From NCBI GenBank assembly GCA_965248835.1, contig CBDFLJ010000002.1, forward strand, positions 1,568,001-1,632,000: a DNA stretch of 64,000 nucleotides. Reading direction: 5' to 3'. The stretch comes from Alphaproteobacteria bacterium (GTDB taxonomy: Bacteria > Pseudomonadota > Alphaproteobacteria > MPNO01). The position numbers were made by a program, and so were the translations under genes. Shown one piece after another: positions 1-9,489 of this stretch; position 1 is the first letter of the stretch; each line of letters opens with the position of its first letter. A model generated the notes under the pieces. That model had not been told where the DNA came from, did no database searches, and saw only the letters and a list, made by a program, of their open reading frames with translations.

Positions 1-1
1 G

Positions 2-436
2 ACCGATGACGCCGCCGCCGCGCTGCTGGTGGGCGTGAGCGCCGAGCTCCTGGGCGTGATGGGCAAGGCGCTGGACATCGCGGTCGCCTACAGCAAGGTC
101 CGCCGCCAGTTCGACGCGCCGATCGGCAGCTTCCAGGCCTTGCAGCACAAGGCGGTCAACGACTATGTCGCGGTCGAGGTGACGCGGTCCTTGCTGTTTC
201 AGATCGCCGCGGCGATCGACGAGGCCCGCGCGAGCGAGGCGATGACGGCCGCGCTCAAGGCCAAGGCCTCGGGTGCGGCGCTCGGCGTGACCAAGTCCGC
301 CATCCAGATGCACGGCGCCATCGGCTTCACCGACGAGCATGAGATCGGCCGCTACTTCAAGCGCGCCATGGCGTTATCGGCCCGCCACGGCAACGAGGCC
401 GCCCACCGCGGTCGGTATGCTGCGCTCACCGCCTAG
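2..436 (+). CDS. Acyl-CoA dehydrogenase family protein, C-terminal part (truncated at the window edge)
   Basis: RRQFDAPIGSFQALQH and AIQMHGAIGFTDEH motifs; the frame is open to the window start. Confidence 0.9.
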   Translation, partial: TDDAAAALLVGVSAELLGVMGKALDIAVAYSKVRRQFDAPIGSFQALQHKAVNDYVAVEVTRSLLFQIAAAIDEARASEAMTAALKAKASGAALGVTKSAIQMHGAIGFTDEHEIGRYFKRAMALSARHGNEAAHRGRYAALTA

Positions 437-532
437 GCCGGGCGCATCGGTTGCGCTGCGCCGGGGCGCTCACTAAAACGCAGTTCGGCCCATCGAGAAC
501 GAACGGCGCGCATGCGCCTTAGGAGGCGAGAC

Positions 533-1930
533 GTGCCCGACCAGTCCTACCGGACCTTCCTGAAGAACCTCGAGCAGCAGGGCGAGATGGTCCACTTCAC
601 CAAGCAGGTGGACCCCCTGATCAACATGGCCGCGGTCGAGTGGAAAACCTACAACGAGCTCGGCAAGTCGAGCCTGTTCACCAACATCAAGGGGCACGCG
701 CACTGGCAGGCCTGCAGCCAGATCCTCGCCGACCGCAAGAAGTGGTCGATCGGCCTCGGCATCGAGGAAGACGCGATGCTGGAGACCATGTCGACACGCC
801 TGCGCCAGCCGATCGCCTGCGTCGCGGTGGCCGAAGACGCGGCCCCGGTCAAGGAGGTCAAGCTGCTGGGGGCCGATGCCGACCTGAACGACATCCCGGC
901 GATGATGACCTCCGAGAAGGACGGCGGGCGGTTCCTCGCCTCCGGCATGGCGATCATCAAGGACCCGGAGACCGGCATCCGCAACATGTCGATCCACCGC
1001 CAGCAGATCATGGACCGCGACAAGACCGGATTCTTGATGCTGCACCGCCAGGCGCGGCGGATCTACGACATGTACTGCGCCCGGGGCGAAGCGATGCCGG
1101 TTGCGATGGTCTACGGCGTCCACCCGGCAATCTTCTTCGGCTCGGCCTACACCACGAGCTTTGGGGTCGACGAGCTGGAGCTGTCCGGCGGACTGCTCGG
1201 CGAGGGCGTCCGCATGGTCAAGTGCGAGACCGTCGACATCGAGGTCCCGGCGGAGGCCGAGCTGGTGATCGAGGGCGAGGTGCTGCCCAACCACGTCGAG
1301 CCCGAAGGGCCGTTCGGCGAGGTCCCCGGCACCTATGCCCAGCAGGGCCATGCCGAGATCCTCAAGGTAAAGGCGATCACCCGCAGGCGCGATCCGATCT
1401 TCTATGCCATCCACTGCGGCTTCCCGGTCACCGACACCCAGCAGACCACGGCGCTGGGCATCGAGATCGCGACCCAGGAGCACTTGCGCAACGTCGAAGG
1501 CGGGCTCGACCTGCGCGATGTCCGCTGCGTGACCGCGGCCGGGCTGATGATGCTTGTCCTGAAGATCCGCCCGCGCGTCGAGGGCCAGGCCAAGACCGCG
1601 CTTATGGCGGCACTGTCCGGCCCCTACCTGCACCCCAAGATCGCGATCGCGGTCGATGAGGACATCGACGCCGCCGATTTGCGCCAGGTGATGTGGTCGA
1701 TGACCACCCGCGTCCACGCCGAGAAGGACGTCACGCTGTTGCCCAACACCCGCGTCTTCCCGCTCGACAACATCTCGCCGATCGTCGAGGGCATGGACAG
1801 CCTGCACCGGATCGGCACCAAGTGGCTGATCGATGCGACCATGCCGACCCAGGCCGAGGCGCGCGCCCGGTTCGAGCGCGCGATCCCCAAGAACTTCGAC
1901 TCCGTCGACCTCGACGAGTTCCTGCCATAG
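533..1930 (+). CDS. UbiD family prFMN-dependent (de)carboxylase #1
   Basis: [35 protein letters not shown] and KWLIDAT motifs; AGGAGG RBS at 521 before GTG 533. Confidence 0.92.
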   Translation: MPDQSYRTFLKNLEQQGEMVHFTKQVDPLINMAAVEWKTYNELGKSSLFTNIKGHAHWQACSQILADRKKWSIGLGIEEDAMLETMSTRLRQPIACVAVAEDAAPVKEVKLLGADADLNDIPAMMTSEKDGGRFLASGMAIIKDPETGIRNMSIHRQQIMDRDKTGFLMLHRQARRIYDMYCARGEAMPVAMVYGVHPAIFFGSAYTTSFGVDELELSGGLLGEGVRMVKCETVDIEVPAEAELVIEGEVLPNHVEPEGPFGEVPGTYAQQGHAEILKVKAITRRRDPIFYAIHCGFPVTDTQQTTALGIEIATQEHLRNVEGGLDLRDVRCVTAAGLMMLVLKIRPRVEGQAKTALMAALSGPYLHPKIAIAVDEDIDAADLRQVMWSMTTRVHAEKDVTLLPNTRVFPLDNISPIVEGMDSLHRIGTKWLIDATMPTQAEARARFERAIPKNFDSVDLDEFLP

Positions 1931-1941
1931 GAGAGGCGGCG

Positions 1942-2721
1942 GTGGACCTCGGGATCGCCGGCAAGGTCGCGCTGGTTACCGGCGGCAGCAGCGGCATCGG
2001 CTACGCCTCAGCCGAGGCGCTGGCGGCCGAGGGGGCCCGGGTGGCGATCTGCGCGCGCGGCAGCGAGCGCCTCGCGCAGGCCGCGCGCGACATCGCGGCG
2101 GCAACCGGCGGCGAGGTCGCAGCCTTCATCGCCGACACGGCCAGGGCCGAAGATATCGACCGCCTGCTCGCCGAGGTCGCCGGCCGGCTCGGCCCGGTCG
2201 AGATCCTGCTCGCCAACAACGGCGGGCCGCCGCGCGGCGGGTTCGACGCGCTCTCCGACGAAGACTGGCAGGAAGGCTTCGACGTCTCGATGATGTCGAT
2301 CGTGCGCCTGGTCCGCGGCGTGCTGCCGGGAATGAAGGCGGCCGGCTGGGGCCGTGTGCTGAGCATCGTGTCGTCCTCGGTCCGCCAGCCGGTCGACCAG
2401 CTCGAGCTCTCCAATGCGCTGCGGCCCGGCGTGGTCGGACTGTTCAAGTCGCTCGCGGTGACCATGGGACGGCACAACGTGCTGTTCAACTGCATCGCGC
2501 CCGGCCGCATCATGACCAGCCGCTTCCTCGCCGGCTCCAAATACGCCGGCCTCACCGAGGAGCAGTACGCCGCCAAGCACGCCGCGACCATCCCGCTCGG
2601 CCGCATCGGCCGGCCCGAGGAGTTCGCCGCGGTGGTCGCTTTCCTGGCGTCGGAGCGCGCATCGTTCATCAACGGCGCCACCATAATCGTCGATGGCGGC
2701 ATGATCCGATCGCTCCACTGA
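1942..2721 (+). CDS. SDR family oxidoreductase (atypical, SNALR in place of YxxxK)
   Basis: TGGSSGIG, NNGGP, IPLGRIGRPEE; GGAGAGG RBS just after the ubiD stop. Confidence 0.9.
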   Translation: MDLGIAGKVALVTGGSSGIGYASAEALAAEGARVAICARGSERLAQAARDIAAATGGEVAAFIADTARAEDIDRLLAEVAGRLGPVEILLANNGGPPRGGFDALSDEDWQEGFDVSMMSIVRLVRGVLPGMKAAGWGRVLSIVSSSVRQPVDQLELSNALRPGVVGLFKSLAVTMGRHNVLFNCIAPGRIMTSRFLAGSKYAGLTEEQYAAKHAATIPLGRIGRPEEFAAVVAFLASERASFINGATIIVDGGMIRSLH

Positions 2722-2862
2722 GCCTGCCAACCGGCCCGGCGCATGTCCCGACCGGATCGAGACGGTCCGCCGGTTGCAGTCGTCTTGGCCGGAATGGCTT
2801 AATGTTGTAATCGCGCGGTGCGTACACGGACGCACGATGCGCATATCGGAACGGAGGCGGAC

Positions 2863-3288
2863 TTGGCGACGATCAAGAACGAATGGCACGAGGCGATCAA
2901 CAATTCCCTGGAGGACGGTGCCCCCTGCCTAGTGGGAACGGTCTCCGCGGACGGTCAGCCGCAGATCAGCCCCAAGGGCAGCGTGCTGGTCCACAACGAA
3001 ACCACGCTAGCCTATTGGGAGCGCTCCAAGCGCACCGCGCTCGACAACGTGACCAGCAATCCGCGCGTCGTGGTCTATTTCCGCAACCCCGACCGGGCCG
3101 CGGAGCTGCCCCAGGGAGCGGCGCTGCGGTTCTACGGCACCGCGCGGGTGCTCGACAGCGGGCCGGAGCGCGAGGCGGTGATGGGCAAGGTCGTCGAGCG
3201 CGAGTTGAAGGCCGATCCCGGACGCACCGGCGCGGCCGTGCTGATCGATATCGACCGCATCACCGATCTCAGGGGGAACGCGCTTTAA
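2863..3288 (+). CDS. Pyridoxamine 5'-phosphate oxidase-like (split-barrel flavin-binding) protein
   Basis: LVGTVSADGQPQISPKGS ... TALDNVTSNPRV ... RFYGTA; GGAGG RBS before TTG 2863. Confidence 0.8.
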   Translation: MATIKNEWHEAINNSLEDGAPCLVGTVSADGQPQISPKGSVLVHNETTLAYWERSKRTALDNVTSNPRVVVYFRNPDRAAELPQGAALRFYGTARVLDSGPEREAVMGKVVERELKADPGRTGAAVLIDIDRITDLRGNAL

Positions 3289-3373
3289 CCGTGTTCCGGA
3301 CGAGCTGAACCGGCCCTGCGCGGTTGTCTCCGGTGTGAGCACCGTGCTATCGAGCGAGCCGGGGAGAAGGCCC

Positions 3374-4012
3374 ATGGATGATGCGATTACCGGGCCGCGC
3401 GATGCGGCCAACGGCACCCGTTCGCCCCTGCTGCGCAAGGATTGGGACTATCTGGGCGTCATCGCCCTGGAGGATTTCGGACCGAGCGAGTTCGCGCTGC
3501 TCGATGCCCAGCGGGTGAACTTCTATGCCGAGCGTCAGGCCCTGGAGGCGCTGCGCATGCTCAAGGCCTCGGCAGAGGACCCGTCCTTCGGCTATCGGAT
3601 CAACAACTACCGCCACTGCCTTCAGTCGGCGACGATGGCCTACCGCGCCGGCAAGGACGAGGAATACGTGGCGATCGCGGTGCTGCACGACATCGGCTTC
3701 GTCGCCGCACCGACCAACCACGGCAGCTTCGCTGCGGCCCTGATGGGTCCCTACATCTCGCCCGAGAACGAATGGATGCTGGTCCATCACCAGGTCTTCC
3801 AGGATTTCCATTGCCACGGCCATCCGAGCATCGACCGGCATCAGCGCGAGCGGTGGCGCGGCCATCCTGCCTTCGCCCGGACCGCGGAGTTCGTCGCCCG
3901 ATTCGATCAGGACGCGATGGACCCCGACTACGACAACATGCCGATCGAGGCGTTCGAGCCGATGGTCCACCGCATGTTCGCAAAGCCGCCGCGGACAATT
4001 CCCTTGGAATGA
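3374..4012 (+). CDS. HD-domain metalloprotein (PhnZ/TmpB-like HD oxygenase or phosphohydrolase)
   Basis: HCLQSAT, VLHDIG, NHG, VHH and FDQ..DP provide the H/HD/H/H/D di-metal ligand pattern. Confidence 0.8.
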   Translation: MDDAITGPRDAANGTRSPLLRKDWDYLGVIALEDFGPSEFALLDAQRVNFYAERQALEALRMLKASAEDPSFGYRINNYRHCLQSATMAYRAGKDEEYVAIAVLHDIGFVAAPTNHGSFAAALMGPYISPENEWMLVHHQVFQDFHCHGHPSIDRHQRERWRGHPAFARTAEFVARFDQDAMDPDYDNMPIEAFEPMVHRMFAKPPRTIPLE

Positions 4013-4614
4013 GCTGGATCCGGCGCATCGACTATGACGACTCGCGGGGGACGCTTCGCACGCTCTACGACCGGGTGAAGGGCCCGGCCGGCAACATCGA
4101 CAACGTCATGAAGGCGCACAGCCTGCGCCCGCACACCATGGAGGGCCATTCGGCGCTCTACAAATCCGTGCTGCACCATAGCGGCAACACCCTGCCCGGC
4201 TGGTTTCTGGAAACCGTCGGCATCTACACCAGCCTGATCAACGGCTGCGCCTATTCGGTCGCCCACCACTATGCCGGGCTGTGCCGCCTGCTCGAGGAAA
4301 GCGACCGGGCCGGTGCAGTCCTCGCCGCGCTCGAGGCCGGAACCCCGGAGGAGGTCTTTTCCGGCAAGGAGCTGGCGCTGCTCGCCTATGCCGCCAAGCT
4401 CACACGCACCCCGGCCGAGATGACCGAGGCCGATGTCGCAGCCGCGCGGCGGGCCGGGGCCAGCGACGAAGAGATCTTCGAGACCAACCAGGTCTCGGCC
4501 TATTTCGCCTACGCCAACCGACTGCTGAACGGACTCGGCATCACCACCGACGGCGACGTCCTGGGCGAATCTCCGCCGACCAGCGATGACGTCGAAAGCT
4601 GGGCACACCGATGA
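4009..4614 (+). CDS. AhpD/carboxymuconolactone decarboxylase-like peroxidase-related protein
   Basis: SLINGCAYSVAHH, YAAKLT.TP, YFAYANR.LNGLG; ATGA overlap with the upstream gene. Confidence 0.85.
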   Translation: MSWIRRIDYDDSRGTLRTLYDRVKGPAGNIDNVMKAHSLRPHTMEGHSALYKSVLHHSGNTLPGWFLETVGIYTSLINGCAYSVAHHYAGLCRLLEESDRAGAVLAALEAGTPEEVFSGKELALLAYAAKLTRTPAEMTEADVAAARRAGASDEEIFETNQVSAYFAYANRLLNGLGITTDGDVLGESPPTSDDVESWAHR

Positions 4615-5567
4615 CGGCGCTCAGATCCTTCGACCATATCCCGGTTATCGACCTGGCGCCGATAGCCGCCGGCGGGCTCGGCCGCATCGCCAAGGCGATG
4701 CGCTCGGCATCGGAGACCGCGGGCTTCTTCTACGTTGCCAACCACGGCGTGCCGGAGGAAACCGCCGAAGCGGCGCTGGCCGCCTCGCGGGCATTCTTCG
4801 CCTGGCCCGATTCCTGGAAGCGGCGCGTCGCGGTCAACGCGCTGCACCGCGGCTTCCTCGGCATGGGCGAGGCGAGGCTGCGGGACGACGCGGAAGCCGA
4901 CCGCAAGGAAAGCTTCGTATGGGGGCTCGAGCTCGCCGATGACGACCCCGACGTGCGCGCCGGCAAGCCGCTGATGGGCTCCAACCGGTGGCCCGAAGAC
5001 ATGCCGGAGATGCGCACCGCGCTCTATGGCTGGTACGACGCCGTCGGGGCCTGTGCCCGCACCGTCCTGGGGGCGCTGGCGGTGGGGCTGGAGATGCCCG
5101 AGACCTTCTTCGCGGAGCGTTTCGCCAAGCCGCTGGCGCGCGGCGCGCTGGTCCACTATCCGCCCCATCCGGCCGATGCCGGTGCGCGCACCTTCGGCAC
5201 CGCCGCGCACACCGATTACGGCGGCATCACGCTGGTCCATCAGGACGATACCGGCGGGCTCGAGGTCGAGAACCGCGCCGGCAGCTGGGTGCCGGCCCAC
5301 CCGATCCCCGGCACTCTTGTGGTCAATATCGGCGACCTGATGGCGCGCTGGACCAATGACGTCTTCGCCTCGAACCCCCACCGGGTCATCAACCGTTCGG
5401 GGACGGAGCGGTATTCGATGGCGGTCTTCTACGATCCGGACTTCGACACCGTCATAGAGACCCTGCCAAGCTGCCTCGGCCCGGGCGAGACGCCGCGCTA
5501 CGCGGCCACGACCTGCGGCGCCTACATCCAGGAACGGTTCGACACCGTCTTCCGCTACCGCAAGTAG
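4611..5567 (+). CDS. 2OG-Fe(II) oxygenase, isopenicillin N synthase/DIOX family
   Basis: IPVIDL, GFFYVANHGV, HTDYG, VVNIGD, HRV, RYS; ATGA overlap with the upstream gene. Confidence 0.93.
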   Translation: MTALRSFDHIPVIDLAPIAAGGLGRIAKAMRSASETAGFFYVANHGVPEETAEAALAASRAFFAWPDSWKRRVAVNALHRGFLGMGEARLRDDAEADRKESFVWGLELADDDPDVRAGKPLMGSNRWPEDMPEMRTALYGWYDAVGACARTVLGALAVGLEMPETFFAERFAKPLARGALVHYPPHPADAGARTFGTAAHTDYGGITLVHQDDTGGLEVENRAGSWVPAHPIPGTLVVNIGDLMARWTNDVFASNPHRVINRSGTERYSMAVFYDPDFDTVIETLPSCLGPGETPRYAATTCGAYIQERFDTVFRYRK

Positions 5568-5618
5568 CGGCAAGGCAGCCAACGGCCGCGCGGCTGATGG
5601 CCCGGGGGCCGAGCCGGC

Positions 5619-6074
5619 TCAGAACATCGTCGGCTCCGCCTCGATGTCCTTGCGCTCTTCGATATCAAACCGGTCGGCGTAGATCGGCCGCTCACCGGTG
5701 TTGGGGCCGGTGTATTGGCAGAAGACGATCGTCACCCCGTGCTCGGTGTGAAGCGAGCGCTCGACATGGGGGTCGGGATGGAACACGAACGTGCCCGCGA
5801 CCAGCGTTTCGCCGTCGATCGTGCATTCGCCCTCGGTGATGTACCAGACCTGCGCGAACGCGTGGGCGTGGTCCGGGAAATGACCGCCGGGCTCGAACCG
5901 GGTGATGCCGAACAACGGCTCGGTGGGATCTTCTTCCCGCGGGTGGAAGGCGATCTTGCCCCATTCGCCCGGCCAGCGGATGCGCTTCCATTCCAGATCG
6001 TCGATATGGACCGCCCTGTGCGGCGCACGCTGCTTGGTGAATGCGTCCACCTCCGCCTTCTGGTCGTTGGGCAT
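5619..6074 (-). CDS. Cupin domain protein
   Basis: FPDHAHAFAQVWYITEG ... HPDPHVE cupin motifs; GGGGAGAGG RBS. Confidence 0.8.
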   Translation of the reverse strand: MPNDQKAEVDAFTKQRAPHRAVHIDDLEWKRIRWPGEWGKIAFHPREEDPTEPLFGITRFEPGGHFPDHAHAFAQVWYITEGECTIDGETLVAGTFVFHPDPHVERSLHTEHGVTIVFCQYTGPNTGERPIYADRFDIEERKDIEAEPTMF

Positions 6075-6148
6075 TTTCGTCCTCTCCCCGGTCCATGTAG
6101 CATTCGATGTAGCATTTGATCACACCATTGGAGCGATCGGGACTCAAC

Positions 6149-6931
6149 ATGGATCTGCAACTGGCGGGCAAACGCGCCCTGGTCACCGGCGCTTCGCGGG
6201 GCATCGGCGCGGCGATCGCGCGGCATCTGGCGGCCGAGGGCTGCGCCCTGGTAATCGCCGCCCGATCGGCGGACAGGCTGGCGGCGCTGAAGGCCGAGAT
6301 CGAAGCCTCGTCCGCGGTCGCGGTCCTCGATGTCGCGCTCGACCTCGCCGCCCCGGGCGCGATCGAAGCGCTGGCCGAACGGGCGGAGCCGATCGACATT
6401 CTGATCAACAACGCCGGGGCGGTCCCGGCCGGGCGGCTGCACGAGATCGACGAGGTACAATGGCGCGCGGCGTGGGAGCTCAAGCTGTTCGGCTACATCA
6501 ACCTGATCCGGGCGGTCTACCCGAAGATGGCCGCTTCGGGCGGCGGCGTGATCATCAACATCTGCGGCGCCTCGGGGCAGCGCCCGAAGGCCGAATACAT
6601 CTGCGGGGCGACGGCCAATACCGCGCTGATGTCCTTCAGCCAGGCGCTCGGCGGCGGCAGCTTGAACGACGGAATTCGGGTGGTCGCCCTGAACCCCGGA
6701 CCGGTCGAGACCGACCATCTCGTCGGGCTGACGCGGGCCTCCGCCGCCGCGCGGCTGGGCGATGCCGAGCGCTGGCGGGAATTGTGGCGGCCCTTGTCCG
6801 AAGGCCGCGCCGCGAGCGTCGATGAGGTCGCCGATACGGCCGCCTTCCTCGCCTCGCCGCGCTCGTCCTACATCTCGGGGACCGTGGTCACGGTCGATGG
6901 CGGCTATTGCAACCGCGGCCCGCTCATGTGA
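6149..6931 (+). CDS. SDR family oxidoreductase (atypical, lacks YxxxK)
   Basis: TGASRGIG, LINNAG, NPGPVET, YISGTVVTVDGG. Confidence 0.9.
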   Translation: MDLQLAGKRALVTGASRGIGAAIARHLAAEGCALVIAARSADRLAALKAEIEASSAVAVLDVALDLAAPGAIEALAERAEPIDILINNAGAVPAGRLHEIDEVQWRAAWELKLFGYINLIRAVYPKMAASGGGVIINICGASGQRPKAEYICGATANTALMSFSQALGGGSLNDGIRVVALNPGPVETDHLVGLTRASAAARLGDAERWRELWRPLSEGRAASVDEVADTAAFLASPRSSYISGTVVTVDGGYCNRGPLM

Positions 6932-7045
6932 GCGATTGCACATCGCGGAACCGGCCCGGTGGGCGGGCAGCCGGTCTATGGTGTGGTCGTGGTCGCTTGC
7001 GGCATCCTATAGCGGCGCCGGTGGAGATTGGAGCGGAGAGACGAC

Positions 7046-7858
7046 ATGAGCCCGGACAGAGGCGGACCTTCGAGCGAGAGCGAAGAGATCGTCGTCGAGC
7101 GCACGCCGCCGACGGCGAGGATCACGATTGAGCGTCCCGCAGAGCAGAACCGGCTGAACCGCGCCAATCTCGAGCGCCTGGACGAAATCGTCGAGGCGCT
7201 CACCGCCGACGGCGACGTCCATGCCGTCGTGCTCACCGGCGCCGGCGATGACTTCTTCTCGGCCGGGCTGCTCAATCCGGCGATACGGGCCAGCCTCACC
7301 AAGGACGAGGTGATCGACACGGTCCGCCTCGCCAACCGCGTCTTCGATGCGTTGGAGGCCCTGCCCCAGATCGTCATCGCCGCCATCAACGGCGCGGTCC
7401 AGGCCGGGGCAGTCGAGCTTGCGCTGGCCTGCGATATCCGCCTTGCCGGCGCCCATTCGACGCTGAGCCTGCCGGAGGCGAAATGGGGCGGGTTCCCGGG
7501 CGCCGGGGGGCCGGTCCGGTTGCCCGCCGCCATCGGCCACGGCCGCGCGTTGATGCTGATCGCCACCGGCCGGACGATCGAGGCGATCGAGATGGAACGC
7601 ATCGGGCTGGTCGAGGAAATCCATCCGCGCGGCGCAGTCCTCGGGGCCGCATCGGCGATGGCCGATGAGATCGGCCGGAACGGCCCGCTCGCCACCCGCG
7701 GGGCCAAGCGGATCATGCGGCTGAGGCGCGAGCCGGGCTTCGCCGCCGCCCGCTCGCTGTCGGATGCGCTGAGATACGCGCTCGAATGGAGCCAGGACGT
7801 CGATGAGGGCATCGCCGCCCACCGCGACGGCCGCGCGCCGCGGTTCATCGGCAGGTAG
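7046..7858 (+). CDS. Enoyl-CoA hydratase/isomerase family protein
   Basis: FFSAG, IAAINGAVQAGAVELALACDIR, LPEAKWGGFPGAGG. Confidence 0.9.
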   Translation: MSPDRGGPSSESEEIVVERTPPTARITIERPAEQNRLNRANLERLDEIVEALTADGDVHAVVLTGAGDDFFSAGLLNPAIRASLTKDEVIDTVRLANRVFDALEALPQIVIAAINGAVQAGAVELALACDIRLAGAHSTLSLPEAKWGGFPGAGGPVRLPAAIGHGRALMLIATGRTIEAIEMERIGLVEEIHPRGAVLGAASAMADEIGRNGPLATRGAKRIMRLRREPGFAAARSLSDALRYALEWSQDVDEGIAAHRDGRAPRFIGR

Positions 7859-8011
7859 GCCGCACGGTTGAACAGCGCCGCGCGGCGGATCACTGCGCTC
7901 AATTCAACAGAATCTGGCTGAGGAACAGCTTGGTCCGGTCGCTCTCGGGCCCGGTGAAGCCAGAAAGCATAACGACCACGGCAACACTTACACAGATAAT
8001 CGGACACACCT

Positions 8012-8110
8012 CTCCGCCACGACCAGAGCGATGCGCCCTGGGTGCTTGACGGCGCGCTCGACGGCGCCGCCTTCCTCACCTATATCGAGCGGGTCCTTGT
8101 CCCGACACCA
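8012..8110 (+). mobile_element. IS630-family transposase fragment
   Basis: Translates as LRHDQSDAPWVLDGALDGAAFLTYIERVLVPT, matching the APxVxDGxxxGxxFxxYxExVLxPxL segment of IS630 transposases; no intact ORF. Confidence 0.7.
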
Positions 8111-8124
8111 CCGCCGACACCGTC

Positions 8125-8176
8125 GCCGTCACCATCGCAGCCATCGTCGTTTGCCGGCTATGAGGTTGGAGCCTAG
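8125..8176 (+). mobile_element. Probable IS5-family transposase C-terminus and right end remnant
   Basis: AVTIAAIVVCRL* followed by TGAGGTTGGAGCCTAG, resembling IS5 (IS427-group) termini that end at CTAG. Confidence 0.4.
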
Positions 8177-9486
8177 TCGATAAGCCTTGGCAGCCATACC
8201 GCCATCGCCGGGAAGACTAACAGCAGAACCAGTACGAACAGCTCGATCAGAACGAACGGGGCGGCAGCCGCGTAGATCTGGGTAAGCGAAGTCTTGAACG
8301 GCGCCACCCCCTTCATCACGAACAACAACAGGCCGAAGGGCGGTGTGAGCAGCGAGATCTCCATTACGATCAGCATCAGCACCATCAGCCAGAGGATGTC
8401 GATGCCCTGGGCCATGGCCAGTGGCAGGAAGAACGGCAAGGTGAGAAGCAGCATCGAGACCTGGTCCATGAATGCGCCCAAGAGCAACAGCACAAGCATC
8501 ATCAGAACCACCGCAAACAAAGAGGTCAGCTCGTACGCGGTGATCTGGGCCAGCAGCCCGTCGACGGCGCCCGAAACGGCGAGGATCTGCGAGAACGTCA
8601 GAGAGCCGGCGATGATGATCAGGATCATGGTGTTGATCTTGGCGGTCTCGAGCAGCGCCTTCTTGAGACTCCGCCACGTCAGCGAGCGGTAACACATGCA
8701 GGTGATCACGGAAGCGACGCAACCCAGGGCGGCGGCTTCGGTCGGCGCGGCCAACTTGAAGAAGATGCTGCCGACGACGACGACGAAGATAGAGAACAGC
8801 GGCAGCACATATTTCAGGAACGGCAGCCAGCGTTCGCGCCCGGTCAACGCCTCGGTCTCGTATGACGGCGCCAGCGCCGGGTTCAGCGTGCAGCGTCCCA
8901 CGACATATGTGAAGAAAAGGAACGCCATCAGCAAGCCCGGCACGATGCCGGCGATCAGCAGCTTGGCGATCGAGAATTCTGCAAGGCTCGCCAGCAGCAC
9001 CGCCAGGGCGGAGGGCGGTATCAGCATCGCAATGCCGCCCACCGCCATGATGGGCCCCATCGCCATAGCCGGATGGTAACCGCGCTTGACCATGTCGGGC
9101 AGCAACACGCTGCCCAGGATTGCGGTGTTGGCGATGGTCGAGCCCGATAGCGAAGAGAAGATCGTGCCGCCGACGATGGAGACCACCGATAGGCGCCCAG
9201 GGATCCGAGAGATCAGTCGATCGATTGCATTGATTGCCTGGAAGGCGACTCCGGTGTGGAACAATAGCTCGCCCATCAGCAGGAACAGCGCGATCGGTGT
9301 CAGCGAGAATTTGGCGATGGCACGCTGGAACTCCATTGGCATCGAGGCCAGACCCGGATCGCCGCCGAGAAAGACCAGGGTGCCGATGATATTGGCAGCG
9401 AAAAACGCAATCACCACCGGCAGACCGAGGAACATTCCGCCACAGACGATCCCCAGCATCATCACCAGCGCGATCTGCCACTCCAC
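8173..9486 (-). CDS. dctM: TRAP transporter large permease #1
   Basis: IALFLLMGE, SSLSGSTIA, LIPPS, PTEAAA, LTPPFG. Confidence 0.93.
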   Translation of the reverse strand: MEWQIALVMMLGIVCGGMFLGLPVVIAFFAANIIGTLVFLGGDPGLASMPMEFQRAIAKFSLTPIALFLLMGELLFHTGVAFQAINAIDRLISRIPGRLSVVSIVGGTIFSSLSGSTIANTAILGSVLLPDMVKRGYHPAMAMGPIMAVGGIAMLIPPSALAVLLASLAEFSIAKLLIAGIVPGLLMAFLFFTYVVGRCTLNPALAPSYETEALTGRERWLPFLKYVLPLFSIFVVVVGSIFFKLAAPTEAAALGCVASVITCMCYRSLTWRSLKKALLETAKINTMILIIIAGSLTFSQILAVSGAVDGLLAQITAYELTSLFAVVLMMLVLLLLGAFMDQVSMLLLTLPFFLPLAMAQGIDILWLMVLMLIVMEISLLTPPFGLLLFVMKGVAPFKTSLTQIYAAAAPFVLIELFVLVLLLVFPAMAVWLPRLID

Positions 9487-9489
9487 GGC

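Noticed and set aside
533-1930. Assigning the symbol ubiD (ubiquinone biosynthesis) to any of the three paralogs
   Set aside because: The context is catabolic with no ubi genes, so only family membership is supported
4611-5567. Beta-lactam or other secondary metabolite cluster
   Set aside because: The IPNS-like fold is widespread and no NRPS, PKS or precursor peptide is present
8102-8137. CRISPR-like array in the short repeats here and elsewhere
   Set aside because: Units are 9-15 bp, directly adjacent, have no spacers, and no cas genes are present
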